From the IMG/VR virus record IMGVR_UViG_3300038828_000030: a DNA stretch of 64,000 nt; one strand, written 5' to 3'. The position numbers and the translations under genes are program-made. This document shows positions 36,931 through 45,366 of this stretch, piece after piece; within the stretch, counting starts at the first letter, position 1; the number at the start of each line of letters is the position of its first letter. This stretch comes from an uncultured virus (IMG/VR IMGVR_UViG_3300038828_000030). Lineage: Duplodnaviria; Heunggongvirae; Uroviricota; Caudoviricetes. The notes under the pieces were generated by a model. That model saw only the letters and a program-made list of their open reading frames with translations, had not been told where the DNA came from and ran no database searches.

Positions 36931-37062
36931 TGCTTGGCTCCTTGCAGGTTGTCTGCCGTGGTTGGTGTCTCGATGCCGTTCATGCCGGTGCCATGACGAC
37001 TCCTTAACAGTCTGATTGGTTAGAGCCCACACCAGATGCCAGTCCGGTGTGGGCTCGCTATT

Positions 37063-39309
37063 TTAATCCGTGCGAAGGGTTTCCATGCCCTCGTTCGCTC
37101 CAACGTTGGCGCTATACGGTGCCTGCGGTGTCATCGGTGACGTGTCGCCCGGCTCTCCGCCAGGATCAACCACTGGCGTCGCCTGCGCCGGCGTCGGGAT
37201 GTTGGGGTCAGCGCCTTCCGGGTTTGGTGGCTGCCACCCAGCCTGCTTCATCACGATGTCGCCAATTGGCGCCACAGCAGGATTCAACGCGATCTTCTCG
37301 CCAGCCTGCATTGCAGCGAACGCGCCGGAAATGCCAGTCTGCACCGCCTTGGCCATCAGTTCCTTGATCTGCGCCTCGCTCAAGCGTTCCTTGATGTCCA
37401 GCTCGCGCGCCTTCAACTCGTTGCCGGCCTGCTTGAGCGCATCCTGCACTGCCTGCTTGATGCGCTGCTCGATCTGCTCGGGTGATTCCTGCGCCGATGC
37501 TGCGCGCAACGCCTCGACCAAATCTCTTTTGAAGGGCACGTCCATAAGGCTCGCCAAGAACGGCATCGCCGCCGCCTGGTACTGCGCCGGCAGGCTCTTG
37601 ATCGCCTCGCTCATCGCGTTGAGCTGCTGGCCGCGATAGGTGTTCGTGCTCGGCACATCCTCCAGGCCAACTTTCAGCACCGTGCGCTGCAAGTCGTTGG
37701 ACAGGTACTCCAGCCCGGTCACTGGGTCAATCTCGGGCTGATTGATCGTCACCGTGCGGTCAGCCGTCACCGCATCCCCTTCGATCACGACCGTCACAGG
37801 CTCCTTGCCCATGTCCTGCACGATCATGCTCATCAGCAGCTCGCCAACCTGTGTGCGCGCGCGCTTGAAGTTGCCCGTCATGTGCGACAGCGACTGGTTG
37901 GCCTGCTCGACCTGGGTCTGCTCCTGAATCCCGCTGGTGGCCGTGCCGCGCCGGCCCGAGAACGCGCCCGATGCCGCCGGATTGATGCGCTCGATCGAGT
38001 TGCGGGCGTTCTGCAGCTGCTCCAACTGCTGCGCGTTGGCCTGAAAGTCCCGCTTGACCTCGAACTTCGCGCCCGGCTGGGCCATGTGCTGCGCATCGAG
38101 CACGATGTCCGCGTCCGGCCGTGCCACCGTGCGCCTGAAAACGTCATCCGCCATCGCCACCGCGCCCTTGGTGCGCTCCGTGCGGTACGAACTCATGCCC
38201 CAGCGCAGCCGAGCATTGCCATTGTTCAGGGTGTCCTGCTGGTCGATCAACCCGCGCACGTAGCCAAAGGGCACGCCCGTGCCGTCCTCGCGGAAGCCCC
38301 AGAACGGCACGTAGGGGAAATGCCGGTGGTTGTAGATCGTCGGGCCATCGAACAGGCAGTGCGGGCCGAGCCAGTAGCTGCGGCGCACCCTGGGCACCGC
38401 CGCGCGCATGTGCTGCACGCGGCCATTGGCCAGCGCGAAGACGTGCGCCGGGTTGTTGGCGTCGTACTCCACCACGCGCCCATCCGGGCTTTTGAGCACC
38501 ACCACGTCCGACCAGCGCCGATACCACAGCTCCGATACACAGACCTCTTTGCTCAATGGGTTGAACCAGCGGTCTTCCATCCGCGTCCATTCGCGCGCGA
38601 TATTCCAGGCCCGGTTCAGTCCTGTACTTCCACCACCGTAGCTCGTCTCGTCGTACTCGGCCCACCAGTTGATCCCGGCCCGGCCGTAACGGCGGATCAG
38701 CTCCTTTTGATCAGGGAAAACCCGCGCCAGCCGCGAAGGGTGCAGCCAGCGCTGGCGCCGCAGCCAACGGGCGTCGCTCAAATCGTCGCGCGTGCTCGTC
38801 CAATCCCAGTGAATCTCGTTGCGATGCACCGCCTTGCACTGGTAGGCGTAGTCGAACGGATCGGGGTTGCGCGCCACCTCCACCCAGCCGATGCCCACGG
38901 CGATCTGCGGGTAAAACGCCGCCGAGCAGGCATCATCGGCGTGGCTCTGGCGCTCGGCCTCATTCAGCCGGAAGTTGATCGCGTCCGCCACGTCCTGGCC
39001 GCCCTGCTGTCCGTTGGGCGTCACCCGCCAGTCCGTGCGCGTGGCCACCTCATAGCCGCGAATTCCCTCCAGCGCCGCGCCGATCAGGTTCTCCATCGTC
39101 GTTGGGATGCCCTGCGCCTTCATTGCCCGGATCAACTCGGTATCCAGCTGATTGCCCTCGGCGTAGTCCATCTCCTTGTCCGCGTCGCGGCGCCAGGTTC
39201 GCGGCTGCGCCTCGATTTCCTCGACGATCTCGCGGTACTCGGCCAGCGTCAGCGGCACATCACCATCTGGCGTGTCCACGGGATCGAGTTCGGGGTTGTT
39301 GTCGGTCAT
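37063..39309 (-). CDS. Portal protein (P22-like podoviral), 748 aa
   Basis: DYAEGNQL, GIGWVEV, FPYVPFWG..G.PFGYVRGLIDQQD, ATSGI motifs; follows TerL. Confidence 0.85.
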   Translation of the reverse strand: MTDNNPELDPVDTPDGDVPLTLAEYREIVEEIEAQPRTWRRDADKEMDYAEGNQLDTELIRAMKAQGIPTTMENLIGAALEGIRGYEVATRTDWRVTPNGQQGGQDVADAINFRLNEAERQSHADDACSAAFYPQIAVGIGWVEVARNPDPFDYAYQCKAVHRNEIHWDWTSTRDDLSDARWLRRQRWLHPSRLARVFPDQKELIRRYGRAGINWWAEYDETSYGGGSTGLNRAWNIAREWTRMEDRWFNPLSKEVCVSELWYRRWSDVVVLKSPDGRVVEYDANNPAHVFALANGRVQHMRAAVPRVRRSYWLGPHCLFDGPTIYNHRHFPYVPFWGFREDGTGVPFGYVRGLIDQQDTLNNGNARLRWGMSSYRTERTKGAVAMADDVFRRTVARPDADIVLDAQHMAQPGAKFEVKRDFQANAQQLEQLQNARNSIERINPAASGAFSGRRGTATSGIQEQTQVEQANQSLSHMTGNFKRARTQVGELLMSMIVQDMGKEPVTVVIEGDAVTADRTVTINQPEIDPVTGLEYLSNDLQRTVLKVGLEDVPSTNTYRGQQLNAMSEAIKSLPAQYQAAAMPFLASLMDVPFKRDLVEALRAASAQESPEQIEQRIKQAVQDALKQAGNELKARELDIKERLSEAQIKELMAKAVQTGISGAFAAMQAGEKIALNPAVAPIGDIVMKQAGWQPPNPEGADPNIPTPAQATPVVDPGGEPGDTSPMTPQAPYSANVGANEGMETLRTD

Positions 39310-39323
39310 GGTGGTGGTTCTCG

Positions 39324-40583
39324 TCAGATGCAGGCCGGCTCCGGCGCTTCCACGTACTCACTCTGGTTCTCGTTGCGCATCAACTCGACCGCCTGGCCGA
39401 CGTAGCGAAAGCAGTCAGCGCCGTGGCTGAATTCGTCATGCAGCGGCGCCATCGGCTCGTCGGTCTTCAAATGCAGCGCGCGTCGATAGCGTCGCAGGCA
39501 CTCGATCAACCGCTCGGTCTTGCCCCGGTCGAAGTAGCAGCGCGGAAACAGCATGCGCGCACCCTTGATACCTTCCTCGACGCTCACCTGCCCCAGCACC
39601 ACCACCTGGCGCCGGCCCATGCCCATCAGTTGCTGCTGCGTGCTCTTGCCAGTCTGGAAGTTCTTTGTGCGCCCGTCGTGCGGCAGGAAGTCCGTTCCCC
39701 AGCGGAAGGGGCGCTTCTCCAGCTTGGCCACATACCAGTCAAGCGTCCTGTGGCTGTCCTCGATGTAGTCGATGATCCGCACGTCCTGCGGGCCGCGCTG
39801 CACCATGGCAATCGCCATCGCGTCGTTCCAGCCCAAATCCCAGACGGTATGCACCGCCAGGCCGGGGTCGTAAGGCACTGGGCACACCCGCTCTTCGGCA
39901 TACAGTGCGTCGATCTCGTGGCGGTAAATCGCACCCTCGGCCACGCGACGCGGCTTTCCTTCCCAGATGTGCTCGTAGTCCTCGCTGTCGCCAGACCGGG
40001 CTTTGCGGCGCTCCAGGTCCAGTACCTGCGGAAACCACGGGTTGTCGCGCCAGTTGACCTGGCACACCCAGGTGTCCACGCTTCGTTTGTCGATGAATCG
40101 GACGTAGGTCTCGTCCGTGTCCATGTCGGGGTTCAGCGTCAGCCAGATTTCCGAGTTCTCCTTGCGGATCGTCGGAATCAGCACGTCCCACGACTTCTTG
40201 CTCACACCGTGGGCTTCTTCCACCCACACAATGTCCACGCCTTCGTATGACTTGATCGAGTCCACGGTGTGGCTCTGCAGGCCTGTGAACAGGAACAGCG
40301 AACCGTTGGCGCCCCTGATTTCGGTGTCCGTGATCTCATAGAACGCCGTCAGGCCCATTTGCACGATCTTGTCGCGCAGCAGCCGGTGCACCGAGTCGCG
40401 CATCGACCTCTGAATTTCCCGTGCACACAGCACCCGCAAAGGGTTGCGCGCTGCCATATCCAGCAGCACCATCGCCACGCCGTGCGACTTGCCACCGCCG
40501 CGCCCGCCGTGCAACACCTTGTAGCGGCGCGGCTCGTACAGGCCAGCCAGCTTCTCAGGCAGCTTCAACTCAAGGGCCAGCAT
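39324..40583 (-). CDS. terL: Terminase large subunit (PBSX-type), 419 aa
   Basis: Walker A GGRGGGKS, CAREIQ, Walker B WVEEA, LTLNP; nuclease WDLG, LPHDG, SHGAD. Confidence 0.92.
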   Translation of the reverse strand: MLALELKLPEKLAGLYEPRRYKVLHGGRGGGKSHGVAMVLLDMAARNPLRVLCAREIQRSMRDSVHRLLRDKIVQMGLTAFYEITDTEIRGANGSLFLFTGLQSHTVDSIKSYEGVDIVWVEEAHGVSKKSWDVLIPTIRKENSEIWLTLNPDMDTDETYVRFIDKRSVDTWVCQVNWRDNPWFPQVLDLERRKARSGDSEDYEHIWEGKPRRVAEGAIYRHEIDALYAEERVCPVPYDPGLAVHTVWDLGWNDAMAIAMVQRGPQDVRIIDYIEDSHRTLDWYVAKLEKRPFRWGTDFLPHDGRTKNFQTGKSTQQQLMGMGRRQVVVLGQVSVEEGIKGARMLFPRCYFDRGKTERLIECLRRYRRALHLKTDEPMAPLHDEFSHGADCFRYVGQAVELMRNENQSEYVEAPEPACI

Positions 40584-41221
40584 CAGGCGTCATCCTCATC
40601 GTCGCGCAATGGCGCCCGGACAAACGTCACTGTGCTGTGAACCTGCACAGGACCACCATTGGCGCCGGTCACCGTCGTGTCCACCCGGTCACGCCACAGG
40701 TCCGCGCGCCGGTTCTTCAGCCAGAAGATGGCCGCCGTTGTGTCAGGGGGATAGTGTTTTACGGTCGGCGTGATGACTATCGCTCCGTTCATCGCACGAA
40801 TATCATCTTCTGGATGCTCGTAGCCTGTTGCCCGGTGGTACAAACTCCCGGCCACGCGGGCGTCAGCTATCTCGCGTCCGCTTTTTATGGCGCTTGAGAA
40901 TTCTGGGTGTCTTGCCATCCAGCCCTCCAGGGTAGACAAGCCGATGCCCAGCGCCTGCGCCAGCTGCTCGTTGGTCGTCCCCAGCATCGAGAACTTGGCC
41001 GCCAGTTCGCAATGCGCCTCGGCGTCATACAAAGTGGGCTGGCCCGCAGTGCGCTTGTAGCGCTCCACAACCCCCTTTGGATCACGATTCAGCGATTCCT
41101 TCGGCTTCGGTGGTACTGGCTTCTTGCGCGCAGGAGCGGCCACCTTCTTCAAGGTGGCCTTGATGGCTGGGGCCTTTTTGGTCGGTTTTGCCGGCTTCTT
41201 GTCCGGCTTGCGTGCAGTCAT
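40583..41221 (-). CDS. terS: Terminase small subunit, 212 aa (start MTARKPD)
   Basis: GQPTLY..HTH..HPEF..IKSGR..AD.RV..SLY.RATGY..PPDTTAAIFWLKNR; stop overlaps the terL start. Confidence 0.8.
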   Translation of the reverse strand: MTARKPDKKPAKPTKKAPAIKATLKKVAAPARKKPVPPKPKESLNRDPKGVVERYKRTAGQPTLYDAEAHCELAAKFSMLGTTNEQLAQALGIGLSTLEGWMARHPEFSSAIKSGREIADARVAGSLYHRATGYEHPEDDIRAMNGAIVITPTVKHYPPDTTAAIFWLKNRRADLWRDRVDTTVTGANGGPVQVHSTVTFVRAPLRDDEDDA

Positions 41222-41269
41222 GCGCGCAGTGTCCCGACGCCCCGTGCGCCCGTCCAACCCCACAGGGGA
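41222..41269 (-). promoter_or_regulatory. Late promoter motif copy 6 (leaderless, terS)
   Basis: CCCCT-GTGGGGTT (core 41256-41263), GACACT, ATG 34 nt after the core. Confidence 0.7.
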
Positions 41270-41271
41270 CA

Positions 41272-41430
41272 GGAATCAGCCGATCCGGCTACGCGGGGAG
41301 GTGCGCGCTCGGCTGTGCGGTTCTCGCTCCACCCGTGCTGACCCCGGAGCGCGCGGGGTGGAAATACTGGATCGACTTACCCCTCGATCCAGCGCCTGGG
41401 CTCGCGCCTATGAGTGGGGGCCGTTGCTGG
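41272..41430 (-). ncRNA. Candidate structured small RNA
   Basis: Follows promoter copy 7; no credible ORF; stems CTGGATCGA/TCGATCCAG, GCTCC/GGAGC, CAGCCGA/TCGGCTG. Confidence 0.4.
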
Positions 41431-41478
41431 CATGCCATGCTCGCGCCGCGCGGTCGAATCACGAAACCCTACGCGGGT
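41431..41478 (-). promoter_or_regulatory. Late promoter motif copy 7
   Basis: CCCGC-GTAGGGTT (core 41465-41472) with GAGCAT at the conserved spacing. Confidence 0.6.
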
Positions 41479-41527
41479 GCCGCTTTAAGTTAATCCCGAG
41501 TGAAATAGAAGGGTTTGCGTTGATGTG

Positions 41528-41556
41528 TTGACATACCGCGCGGCATGTCACAGAAT
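41528..41556 (+). promoter_or_regulatory. Sigma70 promoter with overlapping palindromic operator
   Basis: TTGACA-17nt-CAGAAT; palindrome TGACATaCCGC|GCGGcATGTCA at 41529-41550. Confidence 0.7.
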
Positions 41557-41627
41557 ATAGCCATGGTGATCGAGATTGACCACCACCCGCCCCGGCGGCA
41601 CCGGGAGCACCTCAAGAGGTACACGCC

Positions 41628-41951
41628 ATGATCTACATCGTCGAAATCCCCCACCGCCTCCCGGCCGCGTGCTGGACGGCCCGCGACGAATCCGACGTCA
41701 TCGACGTCGCCAGCCGGGACGCCCAGCGCAGCGGCGAAGACATCAACTCTTTTGACGATGCCATCCAGTGGCTTGCCAACGATCTGCACAACTTCGCGGT
41801 CTTCACCACCGCCGATGCGGCCGTCGCGGCCCTCGATTCTCACCCCATTTTCAGCGGACACCAGGGCGCCCGCGCCGAAGGTGCGCTGCGCAAAAAGCTG
41901 ATCCGCGACAGCGCGATCGCCGCCCCCGCCGAAGATGACGACGAATCCTAA
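41628..41951 (+). CDS. Hypothetical protein (counter-oriented accessory operon), 107 aa
   Basis: SD GAGG; downstream of the sigma70 promoter. Confidence 0.65.
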   Translation: MIYIVEIPHRLPAACWTARDESDVIDVASRDAQRSGEDINSFDDAIQWLANDLHNFAVFTTADAAVAALDSHPIFSGHQGARAEGALRKKLIRDSAIAAPAEDDDES

Positions 41952-42531
41952 ACCCAAGGGCCGCGAGGCCATCCATTCTGCCGTCGGCGCCGTCATCCAC
42001 ATCACCGTCCCACGCGCCCTAAAGGCGCGCTGGGTCAAGGCCAGCCAGGCGCGCGGGCAAAAGCTCACAGACTGGATCATTGAGCGCTTGGAGCGCGAGG
42101 AGAAAGAAATGGACGCAGCAGCACACATAGCCAAAACCCTGGCAAGCGCCAGCGCCCGAGAAGGCGAAGGGGACACCTTGCCCCTTCCGCCGAACAATCT
42201 TCCCGCCCTGCGGTCCATACCTGGCGCAGGGATCGCGGGGGCCGCGGTGCTCGGGTACACCGTCCGCAAGACCACCATCCGGGACTGCATTGGCCCTGAT
42301 GGACGGATCAGAGTGCCCGGAGACGATGGCTTTCGGGCAGCTCAAGAGGGGCGGCTTGGCGTGGCCCCCATGCCCGCCGGGTGGCGCTTCATCGAGCGCG
42401 AGGCGCACAAGCTGTATGCGCTGGTCGATGGTAATCCGGTGTTGCTCGAAGCGCCCGCAAGGCGCCTTGGCTACGCCAGGGCGATTGCCACCGGCCCGCA
42501 GACCCTGGACATGGGCGAGATTGAGCTGTGA
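41935..42531 (+). CDS. Protein with N-terminal ribbon-helix-helix-like domain, 198 aa
   Basis: VIHITVPRALKARWVKASQARGQKLTDWIIERL; possible internal restart at ATG 42109 after GGAG. Confidence 0.55.
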   Translation: MTTNPKPKGREAIHSAVGAVIHITVPRALKARWVKASQARGQKLTDWIIERLEREEKEMDAAAHIAKTLASASAREGEGDTLPLPPNNLPALRSIPGAGIAGAAVLGYTVRKTTIRDCIGPDGRIRVPGDDGFRAAQEGRLGVAPMPAGWRFIEREAHKLYALVDGNPVLLEAPARRLGYARAIATGPQTLDMGEIEL

Positions 42532-42806
42532 AAACCTACCCCATACCAGACACCATGTCCAGCCAGTACCACGGCGCCGGCTACGCCCTGGCCGCCACCG
42601 CAAGCGGCCAGCTGGTGGCCCTGCGCTACCTGGTCGACGTCGCGCCCGAGCTGGACGAGCCCCTGGCCGATGGCGGCCAGACGGCTCGCGCTGCGGTGCA
42701 GAGCTGGATCAAATCCGATGCAGCCGCCACCGCCGTGCGCGAGCTGCAGGCGCTTGGACAAGTGCGCGTGGGCATGTGCTCAAGCTGGGAGTTCTGCGAG
42801 CTCTAG
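42528..42806 (+). CDS. Hypothetical protein, 92 aa
   Basis: GTGA overlap with the upstream gene; strong GC3 bias. Confidence 0.6.
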   Translation: MKTYPIPDTMSSQYHGAGYALAATASGQLVALRYLVDVAPELDEPLADGGQTARAAVQSWIKSDAAATAVRELQALGQVRVGMCSSWEFCEL

Positions 42807-42810
42807 CCCC

Positions 42811-43008
42811 ATGCCCAGCAACCCATCCCCCAAGCACACCCGCGCCTACGAAGCACGCCAGATCGAGGACGGCGCCCGGCGCCTGCCAGGCGGCCTGTTG
42901 CCGGCCGAGGCGGCCCAGGCCCTGCAGCAGCTGCTGGACGCGGGCTACGCCGACAGCAAGGTCGGCGTGATCACTCGCGCCCTGCTGGATGCGCGCGCCA
43001 CCCTTTAA
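42811..43008 (+). CDS. Small DNA-binding-like protein, 65 aa (start MPSNPSP)
   Basis: ATG 4 nt after the upstream stop; LPAEAAQALQQL..GYADSKVGVITRALL is RHH-like. Confidence 0.55.
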   Translation: MPSNPSPKHTRAYEARQIEDGARRLPGGLLPAEAAQALQQLLDAGYADSKVGVITRALLDARATL

Positions 43009-43241
43009 AAATCTACGTACCGAAGAGGTGCCCCTGCCCCGGCTCCACCTTCTCCTGCAGCGCCCGCACCCGGCGGCGCAGCTGCTTGATTTCCTCGCCC
43101 AACTCGGCTGCCAGCACCGTTGCGGCGCGACCGGCCTCGATATGAGTGGGGTGCCGGTTGCCGCCCGGCGCCGGCTGCACCAGCACAAGGGCTGGAATCC
43201 GCCGGCGGCTTCCCATTACTGGGGCTCGCCCTTGGGTTGTC

Positions 43242-43319
43242 TGGTTGCGGCGGCCGGCTTCGCTCCGGCGGACCTCCAGGGTATGAACCTGGCGCTCTAC
43301 TTGACTGAGCTACGCCGCG
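43242..43319 (-). tRNA. tRNA with CAT anticodon, fMet-like, with non-canonical T- and D-loops
   Basis: CGCGGCG TA GCTC AGTCAAGTA GAGC G CCAGG TTCATAC CCTGG AGGTCC GCCGG AGCGAAG CCGGC CGCCGCA ACCA: all four stems pair, C1.A72 mismatch, encoded CCA. Confidence 0.8.
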
Positions 43320-43367
43320 GTGTGAACTGTGCAACGTTGGCGGTCTGTGCGCCAACCCCACACGGTG
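43320..43367 (-). promoter_or_regulatory. Late promoter motif copy 8 (tRNA)
   Basis: CCGT-GTGGGGTT (core 43354-43361), CACAGT, tRNA 5' end 34 nt after the core. Confidence 0.65.
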
Positions 43368-43370
43368 CGG

Positions 43371-43716
43371 TCAGCGCGAGCCCATCAGATTGGCCAGCAT
43401 CCGATCTTCGCGCGGCGTCAGCGTCAGGATGTCGTCGCCAATCTCCAACTTTACCGAGCCATCCGGGATCACTGTCTTGGACATCGGCCTCGCCGGCGGG
43501 TGCTTNNNNNNNNNNCACCGCCGGCACAAACACTCCACGCTCCACCCGGATGATGTCGCCCTCTCCCACCAGCACATCCAGTCGGTCGTCAATGGTCGTC
43601 AGCTTGAGCCCCGTCAGCTCGGCCAGCGCCGCGCGTGTGACGATCTGCTCCTGAGCGTGCAGGTCTTGCACCGCCTCCAGCACCAGCATCAGGGTCGATT
43701 TCTTTGGTTCAGTCAT
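43371..43716 (-). CDS. Winged-helix DNA-binding protein, candidate late activator (spans the N gap)
   Basis: VTRAALAELTGLKLTTIDDRLDVLVGEGDIIRVERGVF (wHTH) joins KHPPARPMSKT..LEIGDD across the Ns at 43506-43515; last gene before the late region. Confidence 0.65.
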
Positions 43717-43732
43717 GGGCTCGCGCTCCTTT

Positions 43733-44008
43733 TCACGGCTTCGGGGTTGGTTGATCGTTGTCGACGGGATTTTTCATGGTCTGCAGCCGATCGAACTCCG
43801 CCCGCACCTCTCGATGCGATGCCTGCCAGTCCGGCCCAAGCAGCTTTTCCAGCGCCGCGCGGTAGGCCGGGCTGATGCGTTGCGCCCGCGCCGACTCGAA
43901 AAACGCCGGCCCATTGGCCATGGCGCGCACCTGGCAGCCCCGGCACATGGCCTGATAGCCCGGCCAGTTGGCATCGGTTTGGGCCTCGGTGCAGTGCTCG
44001 CAGCTCAT
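43733..44008 (-). CDS. Hypothetical Cys-motif protein, 91 aa (start MSCEHC)
   Basis: CxxC..CxxC; ATGA overlap with the upstream gene. Confidence 0.6.
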   Translation of the reverse strand: MSCEHCTEAQTDANWPGYQAMCRGCQVRAMANGPAFFESARAQRISPAYRAALEKLLGPDWQASHREVRAEFDRLQTMKNPVDNDQPTPKP

Positions 44009-44487
44009 GCGGCGATCCCTTCCACCAAGCCAAGCAGGGCTTGATAGTCGCTCGCCCACACGTCGCCGCGATCCAGTTTGTACCTCAAGTCCACCGCCGC
44101 ATCCACCCTGGCTTTGCGCGGCAGTACCGCCAGCAGTTGCCCAGCTGCCTCCAGCCCGGCGCGGATCGACGCCCGCCGCTGCGGGTCGATGCGCGGCTCG
44201 CCCGCTTGCTCGATCAGCGCGTTGCAGGCCCCACGCACGATGCGCACCTCCACCATGTCGGGGTCGATCTGCTCGATCAACAGCGCGCCAAGTACCACGA
44301 TCAACACTCTCCCGGCCGCACTCACGAACTGATCCGAGTCCTGGCCGATCAAGGCGTGGATACGCGCCCGCACCGCCGTGTCCTCCCACTGCTGGGCGAT
44401 GATGGCCCGCTCCACCGGGGAGCAGCCGCTGAATTTGCGGCGCCTGGGCTTCAAGTGATTTCCCCCGTCTCTGGATTGATTTCCCAT
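44005..44487 (-). CDS. Hypothetical protein, ~160 aa
   Basis: Operon packing and codon bias. Confidence 0.55.
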   Translation of the reverse strand: MGNQSRDGGNHLKPRRRKFSGCSPVERAIIAQQWEDTAVRARIHALIGQDSDQFVSAAGRVLIVVLGALLIEQIDPDMVEVRIVRGACNALIEQAGEPRIDPQRRASIRAGLEAAGQLLAVLPRKARVDAAVDLRYKLDRGDVWASDYQALLGLVEGIAA

Positions 44488-44915
44488 TGCCGCGCATCGC
44501 GTAGCGCCACGTCGTGTTCAGCGCACCAGGCCTGCATGTACGTCTGCAAACTGGCACACCGCGCCCGGCTCATTTGCGCCGTCGATTCGCGGATGTTCAC
44601 GAATTCGCCCTCAAGGCCCGGGATAACGTCGGCACCCAGTCCAGTAGCCATGGCGTGCCCGGACACGAAAAGCGTTTTCCACTGCACCGGCGCGAGCCTG
44701 CGGTTCATCCACTGGGCCTGCTTCGCAACATCCCCGAACGCTGCGTGAATCCAGTTGTTTTGCAGGTCGCTGCGAGTTTCCTCGCGCGCTACAACAATCA
44801 GTGAGCGGGCGCGCGGAACGATCAGGCGCGGCTTTGTCCACGGCCACAGCACGTCACGCATGGATGCGTGGGCTTGTACCGGCTCCCACCAGCGCAGGGT
44901 TAGGCGCTCAGACAT
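44451..44915 (-). CDS. ninB: NinB/Orf-family recombination protein, 154 aa (start MSERLTL)
   Basis: RSDLQNNWIHA..DVAKQ..W..WK..F..PGLEGEFV..STAQMS motif. Confidence 0.75.
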   Translation of the reverse strand: MSERLTLRWWEPVQAHASMRDVLWPWTKPRLIVPRARSLIVVAREETRSDLQNNWIHAAFGDVAKQAQWMNRRLAPVQWKTLFVSGHAMATGLGADVIPGLEGEFVNIRESTAQMSRARCASLQTYMQAWCAEHDVALRDARQWEINPETGEIT

Positions 44916-45366
44916 TGGCCGCCTCCCATGCGTAGCCAGGATGGATGGCTTTCGGTATCTGCCAACGACCGTAGTACGGCGCCTCTCCGAGAGGGGTTCC
45001 GCGAATAGCCTCGCGAATGCGACGTAACGCCCGCCTCTCAATCTGCAACACCCGGCTCGCAGTCACGCCCGAACCGACATATTCAGCCGTTTCTGCAAGC
45101 GTGTTTCCAAGGCAAAAGCGGTGAATGACCACCGTAGCCTCGTCGCAGTCCTTCCCCCGATAGACGCGCGCGAACGTCTCCCACAATCCAGCGCCATGCT
45201 CGATTTCGGCTTCCCGCACCATGTCAGTGACGTAGTGATCGGCAGTCCAGGCTGGCTCGCACGGCTCGGGCTCCACGTGGCGCGAGCGCCATATTGCAGC
45301 CGCCTCCGGGTTGTCCTTGCATTGAATCTGCCCATACCACGGCAGCAATCGGCCGCGCTCAGACAC
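44908..45366 (-). CDS. Protein with sigma70 region-4-like HTH, 152 aa
   Basis: VVIHRFCLGNTLAETAEYVG..VTASRVLQIERRALRRIR. Confidence 0.6.
   Translation of the reverse strand: MSERGRLLPWYGQIQCKDNPEAAAIWRSRHVEPEPCEPAWTADHYVTDMVREAEIEHGAGLWETFARVYRGKDCDEATVVIHRFCLGNTLAETAEYVGSGVTASRVLQIERRALRRIREAIRGTPLGEAPYYGRWQIPKAIHPGYAWEAANV

Noticed and set aside
43013..43216. Functional gene downstream of the tRNA
   Set aside because: No clear SD; looks like a C-terminal remnant; insufficient support.
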